Part shown: one piece after another, positions 27,600 through 37,447 of the stretch
How positions within the stretch are numbered: the stretch's first letter is position 1
Layout of the letters: every line of letters begins with the position of its first letter
Translations under genes and position numbers: made by a program
Virus record (IMG/VR): IMGVR_UViG_3300033067_001680
Span: 1-52,454 of that record
Direction: 5' to 3' (one strand)
DNA: 52,454 bases
Origin: a virus
Lineage: Duplodnaviria; Caudoviricetes
Notes under the pieces: generated by a model
Database searches by the model: none
What the model was told of the DNA's origin: nothing
The model's input: only the letters and a program-made list of their open reading frames with translations

Positions 27600-30500
27600 G
27601 CCACCATCCGTATCAACGGCGTCGCAGGGTCGAACCCCGACCTGCCCCTCAACACGCCGGTCGCGCTGACCAACGCGACCGCCGAAGGGTCGTACCTCTG
27701 GTCCATTGTTGACCAGCCGGACGGCGCAGCGGACGCGCTCTCCGGGACCACATCGCCCAGCGTCACGTTCACCCCGCGGAAGGAGGGCACCTACCTCCTT
27801 CGGCTGGAGGTGAACGGCGACCCCGCGCAGTCGAATCAAGTCATCGCAGCGGTGCGCCAGCTCAAGACGCGCATCCGAATCCCCGCGGGGAGCGAGACCA
27901 CAGAGGCGGCGAGCGCACCGCGGGGGTGGGCGACGGACGCCAACACCGTGCTGGGCCTCGTGGACACGACCCGCGCGGACCCGGGCATTCTGGTGGGGCA
28001 GGCGGACGCCGCCCTCGCGCGCGGCGACGTGGTGCGGCTCTCGGGGTCAGCCACCATCAAGAGCGGGCTTCCCGGCCAGGAGGTGCTCCCCGTCTGGACG
28101 AAGGCGGCGGCGGACACGGCTGGCAACGTGCGAGGGCTCCTGGGCATCGTGGAGGGCGCCGTGGACGGCGGCTCCATCATCAGCGGCACGCTGATGAACG
28201 TGCGCACGCGCGGGCTGTTCCAAGGGGCGAGCGTCGCGGGCTCCCCGGCGGTGGGCTCCGTGGTGTTCCTGGCGGATAGCGTCGGCACGATGAGCACAGC
28301 GGCGGGCACCGTGCGCCGAGTGTTCGCGCGCATCGTGTCGGGCTCGGGCCCGTGGAACCTCGCGGTGGACGGGGCGGGCCTGTACGACGACGCCGTAGCC
28401 GTGGGGACGTTCGTGCCCACCACTCGCACGCTCCAGGGGACGAGCCCCATCGCCATCGCAGGCGGATACGCGGCGGTGGACTTGTCGGCCAACCGCGTAA
28501 TCTCGCTCGCCATCTCGGGGGAGCAGGACGAGGACGTCATCGTCCGCAAGGCGGGCGCGTGGACGCGGTTGGCGAAGGGTGCGAACGGCACGTACCTGGG
28601 CGTGACCGCGGGTGTGGTCGGGTACAGCGCTCCCTCGGGAACGATCTACAGCGCGGGCGCGGGGCTAACCCTCACGGGCAACACCTTCGCAGCGGACTTC
28701 GGCACGTCCGCAGGCGAGGTGCTGGAGGGGTCGAACGACGCGCTTTACGTGAAGCTCGCGGGGGCGCAGACCGTGACGGGGGCCAAGACGTTCGCCGCAG
28801 ACGTGACCCTCGGGACGGGCGCGCGGATCATCGAAGACACCGGCTCCGGGCTCGTCACCGTCTACGAATACCTGAGCGGCCAGCACGAGCTTGGGACCAC
28901 CGGAGTACCCCTTCGGCTCTCGGGCGGTGCGACGCTCGCCCTGCGCAACGCCACGAACAACCGCCTGGAGCTCACGTCCACTGGCGTAGACATCCTCACG
29001 GGGTCCACCCGGAAGTTCACGCTCACGTCTGGCGTTCACATCGGCATCTCGAACATCTCCCGAGTCAGCGGCGAGGTGAGCGCGCAAACGCGATTCATCG
29101 TCGGCACGGGAGCAGCGAACGCCTCGGCGTCCTTCGAGATGCAGAGCACCACGACCGGGTGGCTCGGGCCGCGCCTCACGACGACGCAGCGCGACGCGAT
29201 CAGCTCTCCCGCCACGTCCCTCGTGATCTTCAACACGACCAACGCGCGCTTCGAGTGGTACTCGGGCAGCGCGTGGCTGCCGTGGGGAAGCTGGCTCGGG
29301 GGCGAGCCCTTCTACTTCGCCGGTCCCGCGGGCTCGGGGCCCGGTGGGTCGAACCCGCAATACGCCACCCTGACCGCGATGATGAACGCCATGGTAGCGG
29401 ACGGCGCCACTGCGCTCGCCCCCCGCGTCGGGTTCTTCACCGGCACGATCACGGAAAACCCTACGCTGCGCGCGGGCACGTTCATCGTGGGCCTCGGGGC
29501 CTCGCGCCGCGCCAACACCATCGTGGGGCGAGTGGACTACCAGCCGTCGTCTAGCCCCAACACGCCGATTGCGGGCCTCGCCCACTGCCGCGTCGTTCAA
29601 GCGAGCGCTGCGGTGGACGCCGTCTACGCGCGGCCCGCGGCAGACGCAGAGCTGTGGCTGGACGATGTGGAGTCGGACTGCGCCGCCACCTCCGCGTCCT
29701 ACGCAAGCCTCCATGTGGACGGCTCGCTCGGCGGGCTGGTCGTCGTGCGTGCCACTCGCTGTGCGCTCACCACCCCCGGCGGATCGTCCGCGAAGGCTCT
29801 GCGCGTGGTGAGCGCCGGGGTCTACTACGACGGGCACATCATTACGGGCGCTTCGGGCTCGGCCCAAGCGGACGCCATCTACGCCAGCTCTGCCACTGTT
29901 GTGTTCAACCCGGTGCTGGACGGGCTCGACGCGGACAAGCATCTCGGCGGGCGCGTGTACCTCACGGGGACGGGCTCCGTAGTCACCCTCGGAGCAAACA
30001 CGCGGCACGAGACAGCAGCTCTCTCGGGCTCCAACCCGCCCGTGACCATCGACGGCGCCCAGACGGTGAACCTCGGGGCCAATGTGCGCGTGAAGGCGGG
30101 GGCGAACACCACGAAGCACATCGAGAAGACCGGCGCAGGGACGGGCACGGTGAACGTGCAGGGCCCGGTCATCTACGCGGACACGACCAGCGCCGCGCTC
30201 CAGATCGACACCGGGATCACCTACAACGGTGAGACGACGACGCAGCCGGAGCGGGTGCAGCTCATCACGACGACGGCGACCATCGCGAAGGACACCACGC
30301 TTGCCATCGTGATCCCAGGGTCGGGCTCCACGTTCACCGTCACGATGCCGAACCCGACGGGGTTCCAGCCCGATCGACGGCTGCGCGTGAAGTACACCGG
30401 GCCGACCAACAAGCAGAACCTCTCGCTCGCTGCGCACACGTCGGGCGGCACGGACTACGACACCGCGAAGAACACCATCACCTTCAAGTGGAACGACGCC

Positions 30501-30944
30501 TACGACTTCGCCCCGCAGAGCTCCGTGTGGCTCATCCTCGGGCAGTACAACACGTCGAGCGGCGGTGGGGGGAGCCCGACGTACACCTACGTTCCGCTGG
30601 TGAAGGGTGGATTTTTCACGGTCGGCATCAGCTCCATCTTCGTCGGCGGCGGCTCGTTCAAGACCGCGGAGCACGACCTGACGGGTGGGCGCACGATCAA
30701 GCTCCGCGCGCAGATGTGGGCAGAAGACCCGTCTGTAGACGCCCAGCTCACGCTGTACGACGACACCGGAGCCCTCATCGCGACGCTCAACACGTCGAGC
30801 GGCGTGGCGCCCACGGAGGTGCTCTCCGCGGACCTGTCCGCATCCTTCGGGAGCGACAAGAACCTGATCGCATACCTCGTGGACGCGAACTCGACCGTGT
30901 TCAAGGCCAACATCGTGAGCGCGGAGCTGGTGGTGGGGCCGTGA
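27594..30944 (+). CDS. Long tail fibre / receptor-binding protein
   Basis: 1116-aa G/T/A-rich mosaic: PKD-like start, YSAGAGLTLTGNTF, AQTVTGAKTF, GPRLTTTQRDAISSPATSLVIFNTT and a beta-helix-like middle. Confidence 0.8.
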   Translation: MSATIRINGVAGSNPDLPLNTPVALTNATAEGSYLWSIVDQPDGAADALSGTTSPSVTFTPRKEGTYLLRLEVNGDPAQSNQVIAAVRQLKTRIRIPAGSETTEAASAPRGWATDANTVLGLVDTTRADPGILVGQADAALARGDVVRLSGSATIKSGLPGQEVLPVWTKAAADTAGNVRGLLGIVEGAVDGGSIISGTLMNVRTRGLFQGASVAGSPAVGSVVFLADSVGTMSTAAGTVRRVFARIVSGSGPWNLAVDGAGLYDDAVAVGTFVPTTRTLQGTSPIAIAGGYAAVDLSANRVISLAISGEQDEDVIVRKAGAWTRLAKGANGTYLGVTAGVVGYSAPSGTIYSAGAGLTLTGNTFAADFGTSAGEVLEGSNDALYVKLAGAQTVTGAKTFAADVTLGTGARIIEDTGSGLVTVYEYLSGQHELGTTGVPLRLSGGATLALRNATNNRLELTSTGVDILTGSTRKFTLTSGVHIGISNISRVSGEVSAQTRFIVGTGAANASASFEMQSTTTGWLGPRLTTTQRDAISSPATSLVIFNTTNARFEWYSGSAWLPWGSWLGGEPFYFAGPAGSGPGGSNPQYATLTAMMNAMVADGATALAPRVGFFTGTITENPTLRAGTFIVGLGASRRANTIVGRVDYQPSSSPNTPIAGLAHCRVVQASAAVDAVYARPAADAELWLDDVESDCAATSASYASLHVDGSLGGLVVVRATRCALTTPGGSSAKALRVVSAGVYYDGHIITGASGSAQADAIYASSATVVFNPVLDGLDADKHLGGRVYLTGTGSVVTLGANTRHETAALSGSNPPVTIDGAQTVNLGANVRVKAGANTTKHIEKTGAGTGTVNVQGPVIYADTTSAALQIDTGITYNGETTTQPERVQLITTTATIAKDTTLAIVIPGSGSTFTVTMPNPTGFQPDRRLRVKYTGPTNKQNLSLAAHTSGGTDYDTAKNTITFKWNDAYDFAPQSSVWLILGQYNTSSGGGGSPTYTYVPLVKGGFFTVGISSIFVGGGSFKTAEHDLTGGRTIKLRAQMWAEDPSVDAQLTLYDDTGALIATLNTSSGVAPTEVLSADLSASFGSDKNLIAYLVDANSTVFKANIVSAELVVGP

Positions 30945-30973
30945 TGGTTGGGTGATGTGGTAGCGTCACCCAC

Positions 30974-31378
30974 ATGGCCGGGAGTAAAAGCGACTACTTC
31001 GGTAACGCCTTGCTGGACTACGTGTTTCGCAACACGTCGTTGGGCTTGAGCGGCTCGCTCTACATCGCGCTCTTCACCGTCGCGCCGACGGACAGCACGC
31101 CGGGTACAGAGGTGTCGGGCGGGTCGTACGCGCGCGTCGCGGTGGCCCGCTCCGCCGGTGGCTGGGCCGCCCCTTCGGGCGGCGCCATCAACCCCGTGGG
31201 CTCCGTCTCGTTCCCCCAGGCAAGCGCGCCTTGGGGCACCGTCGTGGCGTTCGCCGTCATGGACGCCGCGAGCGGCGGCAACCAGCTCTACTGGGGCGAC
31301 CTGACCGCCCCCAAGGCGGTGGACACGGGCGACACGGCGTTTTTCGCGAACACGTCCCTCACGGTCACGGAGTCGTGA
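30974..31378 (+). CDS. Virion structural protein (fibre/appendage-associated)
   Basis: LYIALFT..P.D...GTEVSGGSYARVAV...FPQASAPWGTV..F...DAASGGN.L, a widespread phage structural family. Confidence 0.7.
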   Translation: MAGSKSDYFGNALLDYVFRNTSLGLSGSLYIALFTVAPTDSTPGTEVSGGSYARVAVARSAGGWAAPSGGAINPVGSVSFPQASAPWGTVVAFAVMDAASGGNQLYWGDLTAPKAVDTGDTAFFANTSLTVTES

Positions 31379-31653
31379 TGCGCAACATGCGCTGCACCTG
31401 GGACGCCGGGCGTAACTACTGGATGCTCGACGTGCCGCACGCCCTCCCGCAGATGGCGCTGGAGAAGGCGCGCGAGCACGTCCTCCGGGTGCAGAAGGAC
31501 CGCTTCCGCGGTCTCCCCCCGGGCTTCAAGCGCGACGAGCTCCGCGACGCCATCGTGCGCCTGGAGCAGCCCGATGGGCTCCGTCAGCGTGTCGTGGGCG
31601 AACGGGGCGACAGTAAAGGCGAGCTCGTGGCGTTCGCCGCGGGAAGGAACTGA
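31378..31653 (+). CDS. Hypothetical protein
   Basis: ATG overlaps the previous TGA (MRNMRCTWD...); good codon usage. Confidence 0.55.
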   Translation: MRNMRCTWDAGRNYWMLDVPHALPQMALEKAREHVLRVQKDRFRGLPPGFKRDELRDAIVRLEQPDGLRQRVVGERGDSKGELVAFAAGRN

Positions 31654-31656
31654 CCG

Positions 31657-32166
31657 ATGGCAGCGACGTGGCGAGCGACGAGCGGGGCCGTGGCCTACGC
31701 GAGCGCAAAAGACATGCTCAACGTGTTCAACAGCACCGGCGTCCAGACCGTGCGCGTCTACCGCGCGTGGCACTTCAACAACGGCACGGCCGCTGTGACG
31801 GGTGTGCTGACCACGATGCAGTGCCGCCGCATCACCGCCGCCGCAGGTGGCACCGGCGTCACCCCCGTGGCGCACGATACGAACTCGCCCGCGCTCTCGG
31901 GCGTGACCGCGGGGACGAACCAGACCATCACCGGGTCCGACATCTTCCGCCGGTACATCTACTCCAACGACGAGCCCGCGGTGTCGGGCGCGACGCAAGA
32001 CGAGTGGGAGTGCCTCGTGCCGTACGCCCAGGTCTGGGAGAGCGGGTACGGCGACACGAACGTGGAGCCCATCGTCTGCCGCACGGGCCAGGGCTTCGAG
32101 TTGTTCCACGCAGGCTCCACCGCGGTGGGCACGGCGGACGTGGAGATCGAGTTCACGGCGAGCTGA
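31657..32166 (+). CDS. Putative virion structural protein (single beta-sandwich domain)
   Basis: 169 aa; related to both halves of 32170..33354. Confidence 0.55.
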   Translation: MAATWRATSGAVAYASAKDMLNVFNSTGVQTVRVYRAWHFNNGTAAVTGVLTTMQCRRITAAAGGTGVTPVAHDTNSPALSGVTAGTNQTITGSDIFRRYIYSNDEPAVSGATQDEWECLVPYAQVWESGYGDTNVEPIVCRTGQGFELFHAGSTAVGTADVEIEFTAS

Positions 32167-32169
32167 CCC

Positions 32170-33354
32170 GTGGGTGCGCGGGCGTACAACCTTGTGGTGC
32201 CCATGGGGCAGTCGGGCGGGCTCTACCCGGGCATCGCCGCGCTCTACAACGACCAGCCGGGTGTTCGCGTGGACGTGCGCCGGGTGGACGTTCTACCCCC
32301 GGGCGGGCAGACGTTGCTGGGCGTTGGGCGCATGGAGGTTCAGCGTTTCTGGGCCCCATACCCCTCCGGCGACTTCGCCCTGGTGCCAGGGGTGAAGCTC
32401 GATACGAACGACCCCGACACCGCGTTGGCTGGATTCGTGCGGCCCGCTTTCGAGCCCTACATCCCGCCTGACACCATCACCCGACTGGCGGACTTCCCCG
32501 CCGGTAGCTCCACCGCGGCGCTCGCCCCAATGAGCACCCGCCAAACCCTCGGCGGGTGCGGGCGGGGCGGCTTGCGTAACTCGGCGCTCCTGGCGTGCCG
32601 TGCGGCGTCAGACGTGGAGCCCGTCCGGCTCGTCTTCGCGGGCCACGCAATCTGCCTCGTTCAGACCCAGAGCGGGCTACCTCACGCGGGGCGCGTGGAA
32701 GCCGTAGTGCAGAACGTAGGCACCGGCGCGACATACCTGTATTCGGCCCGCGTCAACACGGGTGTGGCGGACCCCCTTCGCCCGCTCTTCGCGTTGTGGT
32801 CCGGCGGCGACACCTGGGACGTGAAGCGGTTTGACTGGATCGTAGACGCGCAGGCGACGCCTCTCGCGGGGCTTCGCCTTGTGAAGATGGAAGGCGACCA
32901 CACGAGCGACCTCGGGGTTCAGGGCGACCCTATCACCCCCGCCCCGCACGACTCTCTGTTTCCATGCCCCGAGGGCATTCGCGGGGTGGCGGGCGCATTG
33001 CGCGGCGTGCCCTTCGGGCGCTCAACCGGCGTGCCGTACGACTATGACACGACCCACGGGGCCGCGGGCTGGACGGTGGTGTCGCAGCTCCAAGCTGGTC
33101 GCCTGCGTCGTGTCGTACGCCCGACGCCGGGGGCCGAGGCAGGTTCCACGCTCTCCCCGATGATGGTCGGGGCGCAGGTGGTTTTCGACGGCTCGCGCGC
33201 ACCCATCACCCTCCGCTACCGACAGTCCCTTGTCCTTTGTGACGGTGTTGGCGCTGACGTTCTCCCGAGCACATTCGCCGCGGGGGAGGTGTCCATCGAG
33301 TTCACCGTCTCGGACGACAGCCCGGACTCGTCCGGCGTCTCCTATGTCTCGTGA
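32170..33354 (+). CDS. Putative structural protein with two copies of the 31657-type domain
   Basis: LDTNDP..VEPVRL and TPAPHDS..PITLR..SIEFT parallel TPVAHDTNSP..VEPIVCR..EIEFT. Confidence 0.5.
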   Translation: MGARAYNLVVPMGQSGGLYPGIAALYNDQPGVRVDVRRVDVLPPGGQTLLGVGRMEVQRFWAPYPSGDFALVPGVKLDTNDPDTALAGFVRPAFEPYIPPDTITRLADFPAGSSTAALAPMSTRQTLGGCGRGGLRNSALLACRAASDVEPVRLVFAGHAICLVQTQSGLPHAGRVEAVVQNVGTGATYLYSARVNTGVADPLRPLFALWSGGDTWDVKRFDWIVDAQATPLAGLRLVKMEGDHTSDLGVQGDPITPAPHDSLFPCPEGIRGVAGALRGVPFGRSTGVPYDYDTTHGAAGWTVVSQLQAGRLRRVVRPTPGAEAGSTLSPMMVGAQVVFDGSRAPITLRYRQSLVLCDGVGADVLPSTFAAGEVSIEFTVSDDSPDSSGVSYVS

Positions 33355-33363
33355 GGTAGCCGC

Positions 33364-33873
33364 ATGAGCACGCGACGCGCGACCCCCATCACGATCACCT
33401 TCCCCCTGGTGGACACGAGCAACCGGCCGCTGCGCAAAGCTGGGCTCTCGTTCAGCTCGTCGTGGGTCTACCTCATCAACCCGGCGTTCGTGGCCCCGCC
33501 GACGAACCTCCCGTACCACCTTTATGCGGGCCGCTACGCACTCGCACTCACCGCCGCAGAGATGGACTTCGACTGGGTGCATGTGATGGTCGAGGCCCCA
33601 GGCTGCGACCCGTTCGACCAGCTCATCGGAACGAGCGGGCATCCGAGCGCCACTGTGGTGGGCGGTGGGACCGCCACGGCGTTTCAGACCACGCTCCTAT
33701 CTGCGGTGGACGACTACTGGCGTAACTGCCTACTCACGTTCACCACGGGTGCGCTCGCCAATCAGGTGCGCAAGGTGGTGGACTTCGACGGCACCACGAA
33801 GACCGTCACGGTGGACACAGCGTTTACCGATGCCCCCGCGGACGGGGACCGCTTCATCCTGGTGAACATCTAG
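33364..33873 (+). CDS. Putative virion structural protein
   Basis: DDYWRN..LTFTTGALANQVRKVVDFDGTTKTVTVDTAFTDAPADGDRF pattern seen in phage structural clusters. Confidence 0.55.
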   Translation: MSTRRATPITITFPLVDTSNRPLRKAGLSFSSSWVYLINPAFVAPPTNLPYHLYAGRYALALTAAEMDFDWVHVMVEAPGCDPFDQLIGTSGHPSATVVGGGTATAFQTTLLSAVDDYWRNCLLTFTTGALANQVRKVVDFDGTTKTVTVDTAFTDAPADGDRFILVNI

Positions 33874-33882
33874 GGGCGCGCC

Positions 33883-34452
33883 ATGAGCCGGATTCTCTTC
33901 GAGGGCTTCGCGACAGGGGTTGCCGTCGCCCTCGCGGGAACGACGGCGGGCGCAGCCACCTGTTCAGGGAACCTCTCCAGAGGCGTACCGCTCGCCGGGA
34001 GCTCCGCGGGCGTCGCGGCGTGCGCCGGTGACATGCGCCGCAACCGGGGCGTGGCCGGGAGCTCCGTTGGAGTGGGCGTGTGCGCGGGCACCCTGCGGCG
34101 CGCGCTCCTGTGCTCCGGGAGCTCCGCGGGCGCCGCAGCCTGCTCCGGGATGCTGGGCGTGGGCGTCGCTCTCACCGGGGCCAGTGCTGGCGTCAGCGTG
34201 TGTTCGGGACAGGTGGCGCGACTTCGTGGGTTCTCCGGTGTCAGCGCCGGGAGCTCCACATGCTCAGGGAACATCCTGGTGCCCGCCGCCCTGGCTGGCA
34301 GCTCCGCCGGGCTGGCCACCTGCTCGGGCGTGCTGCGCGTGTTTGGCGTACCCCGCGGGGCGACCACGACGGCCATCCCGCGCACGTCGTCCGTCGGCTC
34401 TGTCTCGCCTCGTGGTACGTCCGTGGCGACGGTCACCCGGAGGACGGCATGA
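33883..34452 (+). CDS. Repeat-rich fibre-like protein (about 7 x 20-aa xAGSSAGxxxCSGxL repeats)
   Basis: Repeats visible in the translation. Confidence 0.6.
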   Translation: MSRILFEGFATGVAVALAGTTAGAATCSGNLSRGVPLAGSSAGVAACAGDMRRNRGVAGSSVGVGVCAGTLRRALLCSGSSAGAAACSGMLGVGVALTGASAGVSVCSGQVARLRGFSGVSAGSSTCSGNILVPAALAGSSAGLATCSGVLRVFGVPRGATTTAIPRTSSVGSVSPRGTSVATVTRRTA

Positions 34453-34781
34453 GCGGTTGTGGATGCGAGGGGGGTTTCACCATCGTGGCCGGGGACACCC
34501 TCCCCGTGCTCCGGGACGCGCTCGCAGTGGACGGGCTCCCGCTCGACCTGACCGGCGCGACGGTGCAGTTCGTGGCCGTCCAGCGCGAGCTCCAGACGCG
34601 CCTGACGAAAACGCCGGTCATCGTGGGCGACCCGGCCGACGGGTTCGTGGACGTGACATTCGGGGCGTCTGACCTGTACGCCGGGCTCTGGGACTACCGC
34701 TACGTGGTGACCATCGGCGCTGCCGTGCTCTCCGTCCCCAGCGGTGAGCCCCTGACACTGACCGTCGAGCCTCGCCTGTAG
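34449..34781 (+). CDS. BppU-like (baseplate upper protein N-terminal-like) Ig-fold protein
   Basis: IVAGDTLPVL...PLDLTGATVQF...DPADGFV...GLWDY pattern; ATGA overlap. Confidence 0.6.
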   Translation: MSGCGCEGGFTIVAGDTLPVLRDALAVDGLPLDLTGATVQFVAVQRELQTRLTKTPVIVGDPADGFVDVTFGASDLYAGLWDYRYVVTIGAAVLSVPSGEPLTLTVEPRL

Positions 34782-34793
34782 TACCCTTCCCAC

Positions 34794-35075
34794 ATGCCCG
34801 TTCACCGACAAGTCATCACCCTGGACGCGGTGGGGGCCTACCCGACACAGCCCCAGGTGGTCGTCCCCTTCGACCCGAAAACCATCGCCATCATCAACGA
34901 GGGGCCGACGGGGGCGAACGCCCTGGTCAGCTTCGACGGGGTGAGCGACCACGCCCAGCTCACCCCTGGGACGCCCTCCTGCGGGCTGGTGTTCAAGCAG
35001 GGCGTTCGCGGGGTCTGGCTGAAGCGCGGGGCGGTCACCAGCGGCATCGTCGTCCAGGTCATCGCGGAGGGCTGA
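34794..35075 (+). CDS. Small putative structural protein
   Basis: 93-aa beta-rich ORF with TACCCT 6 nt upstream of the ATG. Confidence 0.55.
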   Translation: MPVHRQVITLDAVGAYPTQPQVVVPFDPKTIAIINEGPTGANALVSFDGVSDHAQLTPGTPSCGLVFKQGVRGVWLKRGAVTSGIVVQVIAEG

Positions 35076-35078
35076 CCC

Positions 35079-36299
35079 GTGCCCCCCGAGTTCATCCCTT
35101 CGTCGCCCCTCGGCGGCTCGGGGCTTCTGGCGCCCCCGGACCTCGTGATGGCGGCGCGGTTCACTTTCCGCGTGGGCTCGTTCGGCTTCGCCTCGTCGTT
35201 CACGGGGATGCCTCAGTTCACCGTCACGAAGGCGGCCAGCTCGGAGACGATTCAGTGGGGCGCGGGCCTCGTGTTCGATGTGAGCTTCCTTGCGGGAGTC
35301 CCCAACACGATCCTGTGGGGACGCCCGGACGACACGCGCAACGGCGGGGTGATCGTAGACGGCCCATCGACGCAGCTCGTGCTCGACCCCCGGAACTTCG
35401 GCACGGCCAACTGGGCGTTGGGCGGGGGCGCTTCGCGCGCGCAGGTGCCCGCGCAGACTACGCCGCTGGGGGGCACGAACGCATGGCGCGTAGACGCCCC
35501 CAGCGGGGTGTTCGGCGTCGGAGAGAACGCCGCCAGCGGGTCGGCGGGAGTCGTCACCGTCAGCTCTTACGTGCTCTCAGCGAACGGCGGGCCGCCCGGG
35601 TTCAACCTGTTTCTGACCCCAACGCCGCGCGTGCCGAACAACGGAGGCGCGGCTGCTTCGTGGGCCCGCCTCGCTGCCACGGGGACTGCCACTTCCTCGT
35701 CTGCGATCGTGCCAGTAGACGGGCGAGACCAGACTGCGTTCGGGGGGCTCGCCCCCGGCGCGCGATCAGCCTACGTGGACTTCGCGCAGCGGGAGGCGCT
35801 CCCGTTCGCAACGGAGTGGTTCCCGTCAGGCACGCGCCCCGCGCGTTACCTGACGATGGGCGCTGCGTACGTCGCGCCGTTCATCTCGGGCGGCCAGCTC
35901 GGGATGGAGCTGGTGTACGCGCCCCGCGGCGCCGTCGGGTACGCAGGCACCGCGTACCTCTGGTGGATGGACGCCAACAACTACATCGCGCTGAACTGCG
36001 CCACGGGCGTGCTCACCGTCCGCGTGGGCGGCGTGAACAACACCACCTCCCCGGTCGCCTGGAGTGCGCTGGAAGAGCTCCGGTTTTTCGTCCAGTTCGG
36101 CGGCGGGCTCCCCACTGTCGTAGCGCTCATGCGCTCGGGCGGCGCGGTCACGAAATGCTCCATCACGGGCTCGCCCCTCGGCACTGTCACCGCGACGAAC
36201 GCGAACATTCTGTCTGACAACGCCAGCGGGCACGTCTACGGGTACGTGTACGACATCAACTTTGCACAACCACGGAGGCAACCGGCATGGGCCGTCTAG
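35079..36299 (+). CDS. Putative head-spike / fibre protein with lectin (LamG-like) C-terminus
   Basis: GVIVDGPSTQL...FAQREALPFATEW..SGTR pattern typical of phage spike-fibre domains. Confidence 0.5.
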   Translation: MPPEFIPSSPLGGSGLLAPPDLVMAARFTFRVGSFGFASSFTGMPQFTVTKAASSETIQWGAGLVFDVSFLAGVPNTILWGRPDDTRNGGVIVDGPSTQLVLDPRNFGTANWALGGGASRAQVPAQTTPLGGTNAWRVDAPSGVFGVGENAASGSAGVVTVSSYVLSANGGPPGFNLFLTPTPRVPNNGGAAASWARLAATGTATSSSAIVPVDGRDQTAFGGLAPGARSAYVDFAQREALPFATEWFPSGTRPARYLTMGAAYVAPFISGGQLGMELVYAPRGAVGYAGTAYLWWMDANNYIALNCATGVLTVRVGGVNNTTSPVAWSALEELRFFVQFGGGLPTVVALMRSGGAVTKCSITGSPLGTVTATNANILSDNASGHVYGYVYDINFAQPRRQPAWAV

Positions 36300-36886
36300 G
36301 GGTCGGATCGGGCGCGATTCTCGCGGGCCTGCTCGGGGCACTGTGTGCGCACTTCGTCGCGGCGTGTGACCCGCCCACGGCGCCGCCAACGGGCCAGACG
36401 TACGTGGTGGCCTTCGAGGCAGACACGCCCGGCGCGCCGACTGCGTGGCGCGCGGAGCACCGTCGAGCCCTCACGGCGCTGACCACCATCCTCGCGTCCA
36501 CCGGCGACACCTGGGCTTTCGGTGAGACGGGCGCGCACCTCACCCTGCGCACATTCGACAGCGGCCCGGGGTGCCCGCACGGCGGCGGCGCCTACGAGCC
36601 CGGGGCGGCATACGTCTGGGTGGACTACGCCTGTGCGCACGACGACGCCCAGCTCCGGGTTATCGCCGCCCACGAGGCACTCCACTGGCTGGAGCACCGG
36701 CGCCACCGCACTGTCCATCACCTCTGTGCGCGGGAGGGGGATGCGCCGGACTGCTTCCCCGGCGTGAGCGGGGAGGGTGTGCTCAACCCGTGGCTGCCGG
36801 GAGAGTACGACCCCAGCGGTGACCCACTCGGCCCGGTCGTACCCGCTTTGACGGCGGGCGACCTACGAGTGATCGGGCCGAGGTAG
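36287..36886 (+). CDS. Lipoprotein with zinc-metallopeptidase motif
   Basis: Signal peptide ending in FVAAC; IAAHEALHW (HExxH). Confidence 0.6.
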   Translation: MGRLGVGSGAILAGLLGALCAHFVAACDPPTAPPTGQTYVVAFEADTPGAPTAWRAEHRRALTALTTILASTGDTWAFGETGAHLTLRTFDSGPGCPHGGGAYEPGAAYVWVDYACAHDDAQLRVIAAHEALHWLEHRRHRTVHHLCAREGDAPDCFPGVSGEGVLNPWLPGEYDPSGDPLGPVVPALTAGDLRVIGPR

Positions 36887-36994
36887 GCACACGATTGTCA
36901 GGGGGCCGGTGATACCATGGGGGCTCACACGCCGCCGTGGTCTGGACCGGACTTCCCCGCACCGGCGCGGCGTCCATCGAAACGAGGGCTGACT

Positions 36995-37405
36995 ATGCGC
37001 CGCACATTCGCGGTCGTCGGGGTGGTAGAGGACGGGCGAAACCGCGACCCGGGCCTCCCACCCCCCGGGCAGACCGCCACCACGCTGGACGTGCGCCAGG
37101 GCGAGCCCTTCACCCTCGCGGTGCGCGCGCTCTACCCAGACATGACCCCGGTAGCACTTTCGGGGGAGGTGACCCTGACGGTGCGCAAGACGAGCCCGCC
37201 GGGGGTCAACGTCCCGGGTTTCACCGTCGTGCTCTCTGGGGTGTCCGGCGACGTGGTGCTCCTGGACGCGAGTGCGGGGAACGTGAACATCCAGCCGGGG
37301 CGCTGGCTGTTTGACGTGTGGATGGTGACCGGCAGCGGCGACCGTGTGTGTCTGGTGCCCACATCAGGGTTGGTCATCACACCCAGTGAGAACTTGCCGA
37401 ACTGA
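36995..37405 (+). CDS. BppU-like Ig-fold protein (paralogous to 34449..34781)
   Basis: LDVRQGEPFTL...PVALSG...PGRWLFDVW; GAGG RBS. Confidence 0.5.
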   Translation: MRRTFAVVGVVEDGRNRDPGLPPPGQTATTLDVRQGEPFTLAVRALYPDMTPVALSGEVTLTVRKTSPPGVNVPGFTVVLSGVSGDVVLLDASAGNVNIQPGRWLFDVWMVTGSGDRVCLVPTSGLVITPSENLPN

Positions 37406-37447
37406 TACCACCCAGACCTACACCCGCGGTGATGTAGTCTGCCCGGC

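Noticed and set aside
8132-30674. Long antisense or alternate-frame ORFs (e.g. 8132..9580 -, 12694..14364 +, 25025..26515 -, 28665..30674 -)
   Set aside because: Shadow ORFs expected from very high GC3; Arg/Gly/Pro-rich translations with no motifs.
12569-30944. Tailocin / eCIS / T6SS interpretation of the contractile tail genes
   Set aside because: Portal, scaffold, capsid and neck genes are contiguous with the tail, so this is a complete phage virion module.
27594-36299. Diversity-generating retroelement or invertible fibre switch
   Set aside because: No reverse transcriptase, invertase or TR/VR repeat pair seen in the window.
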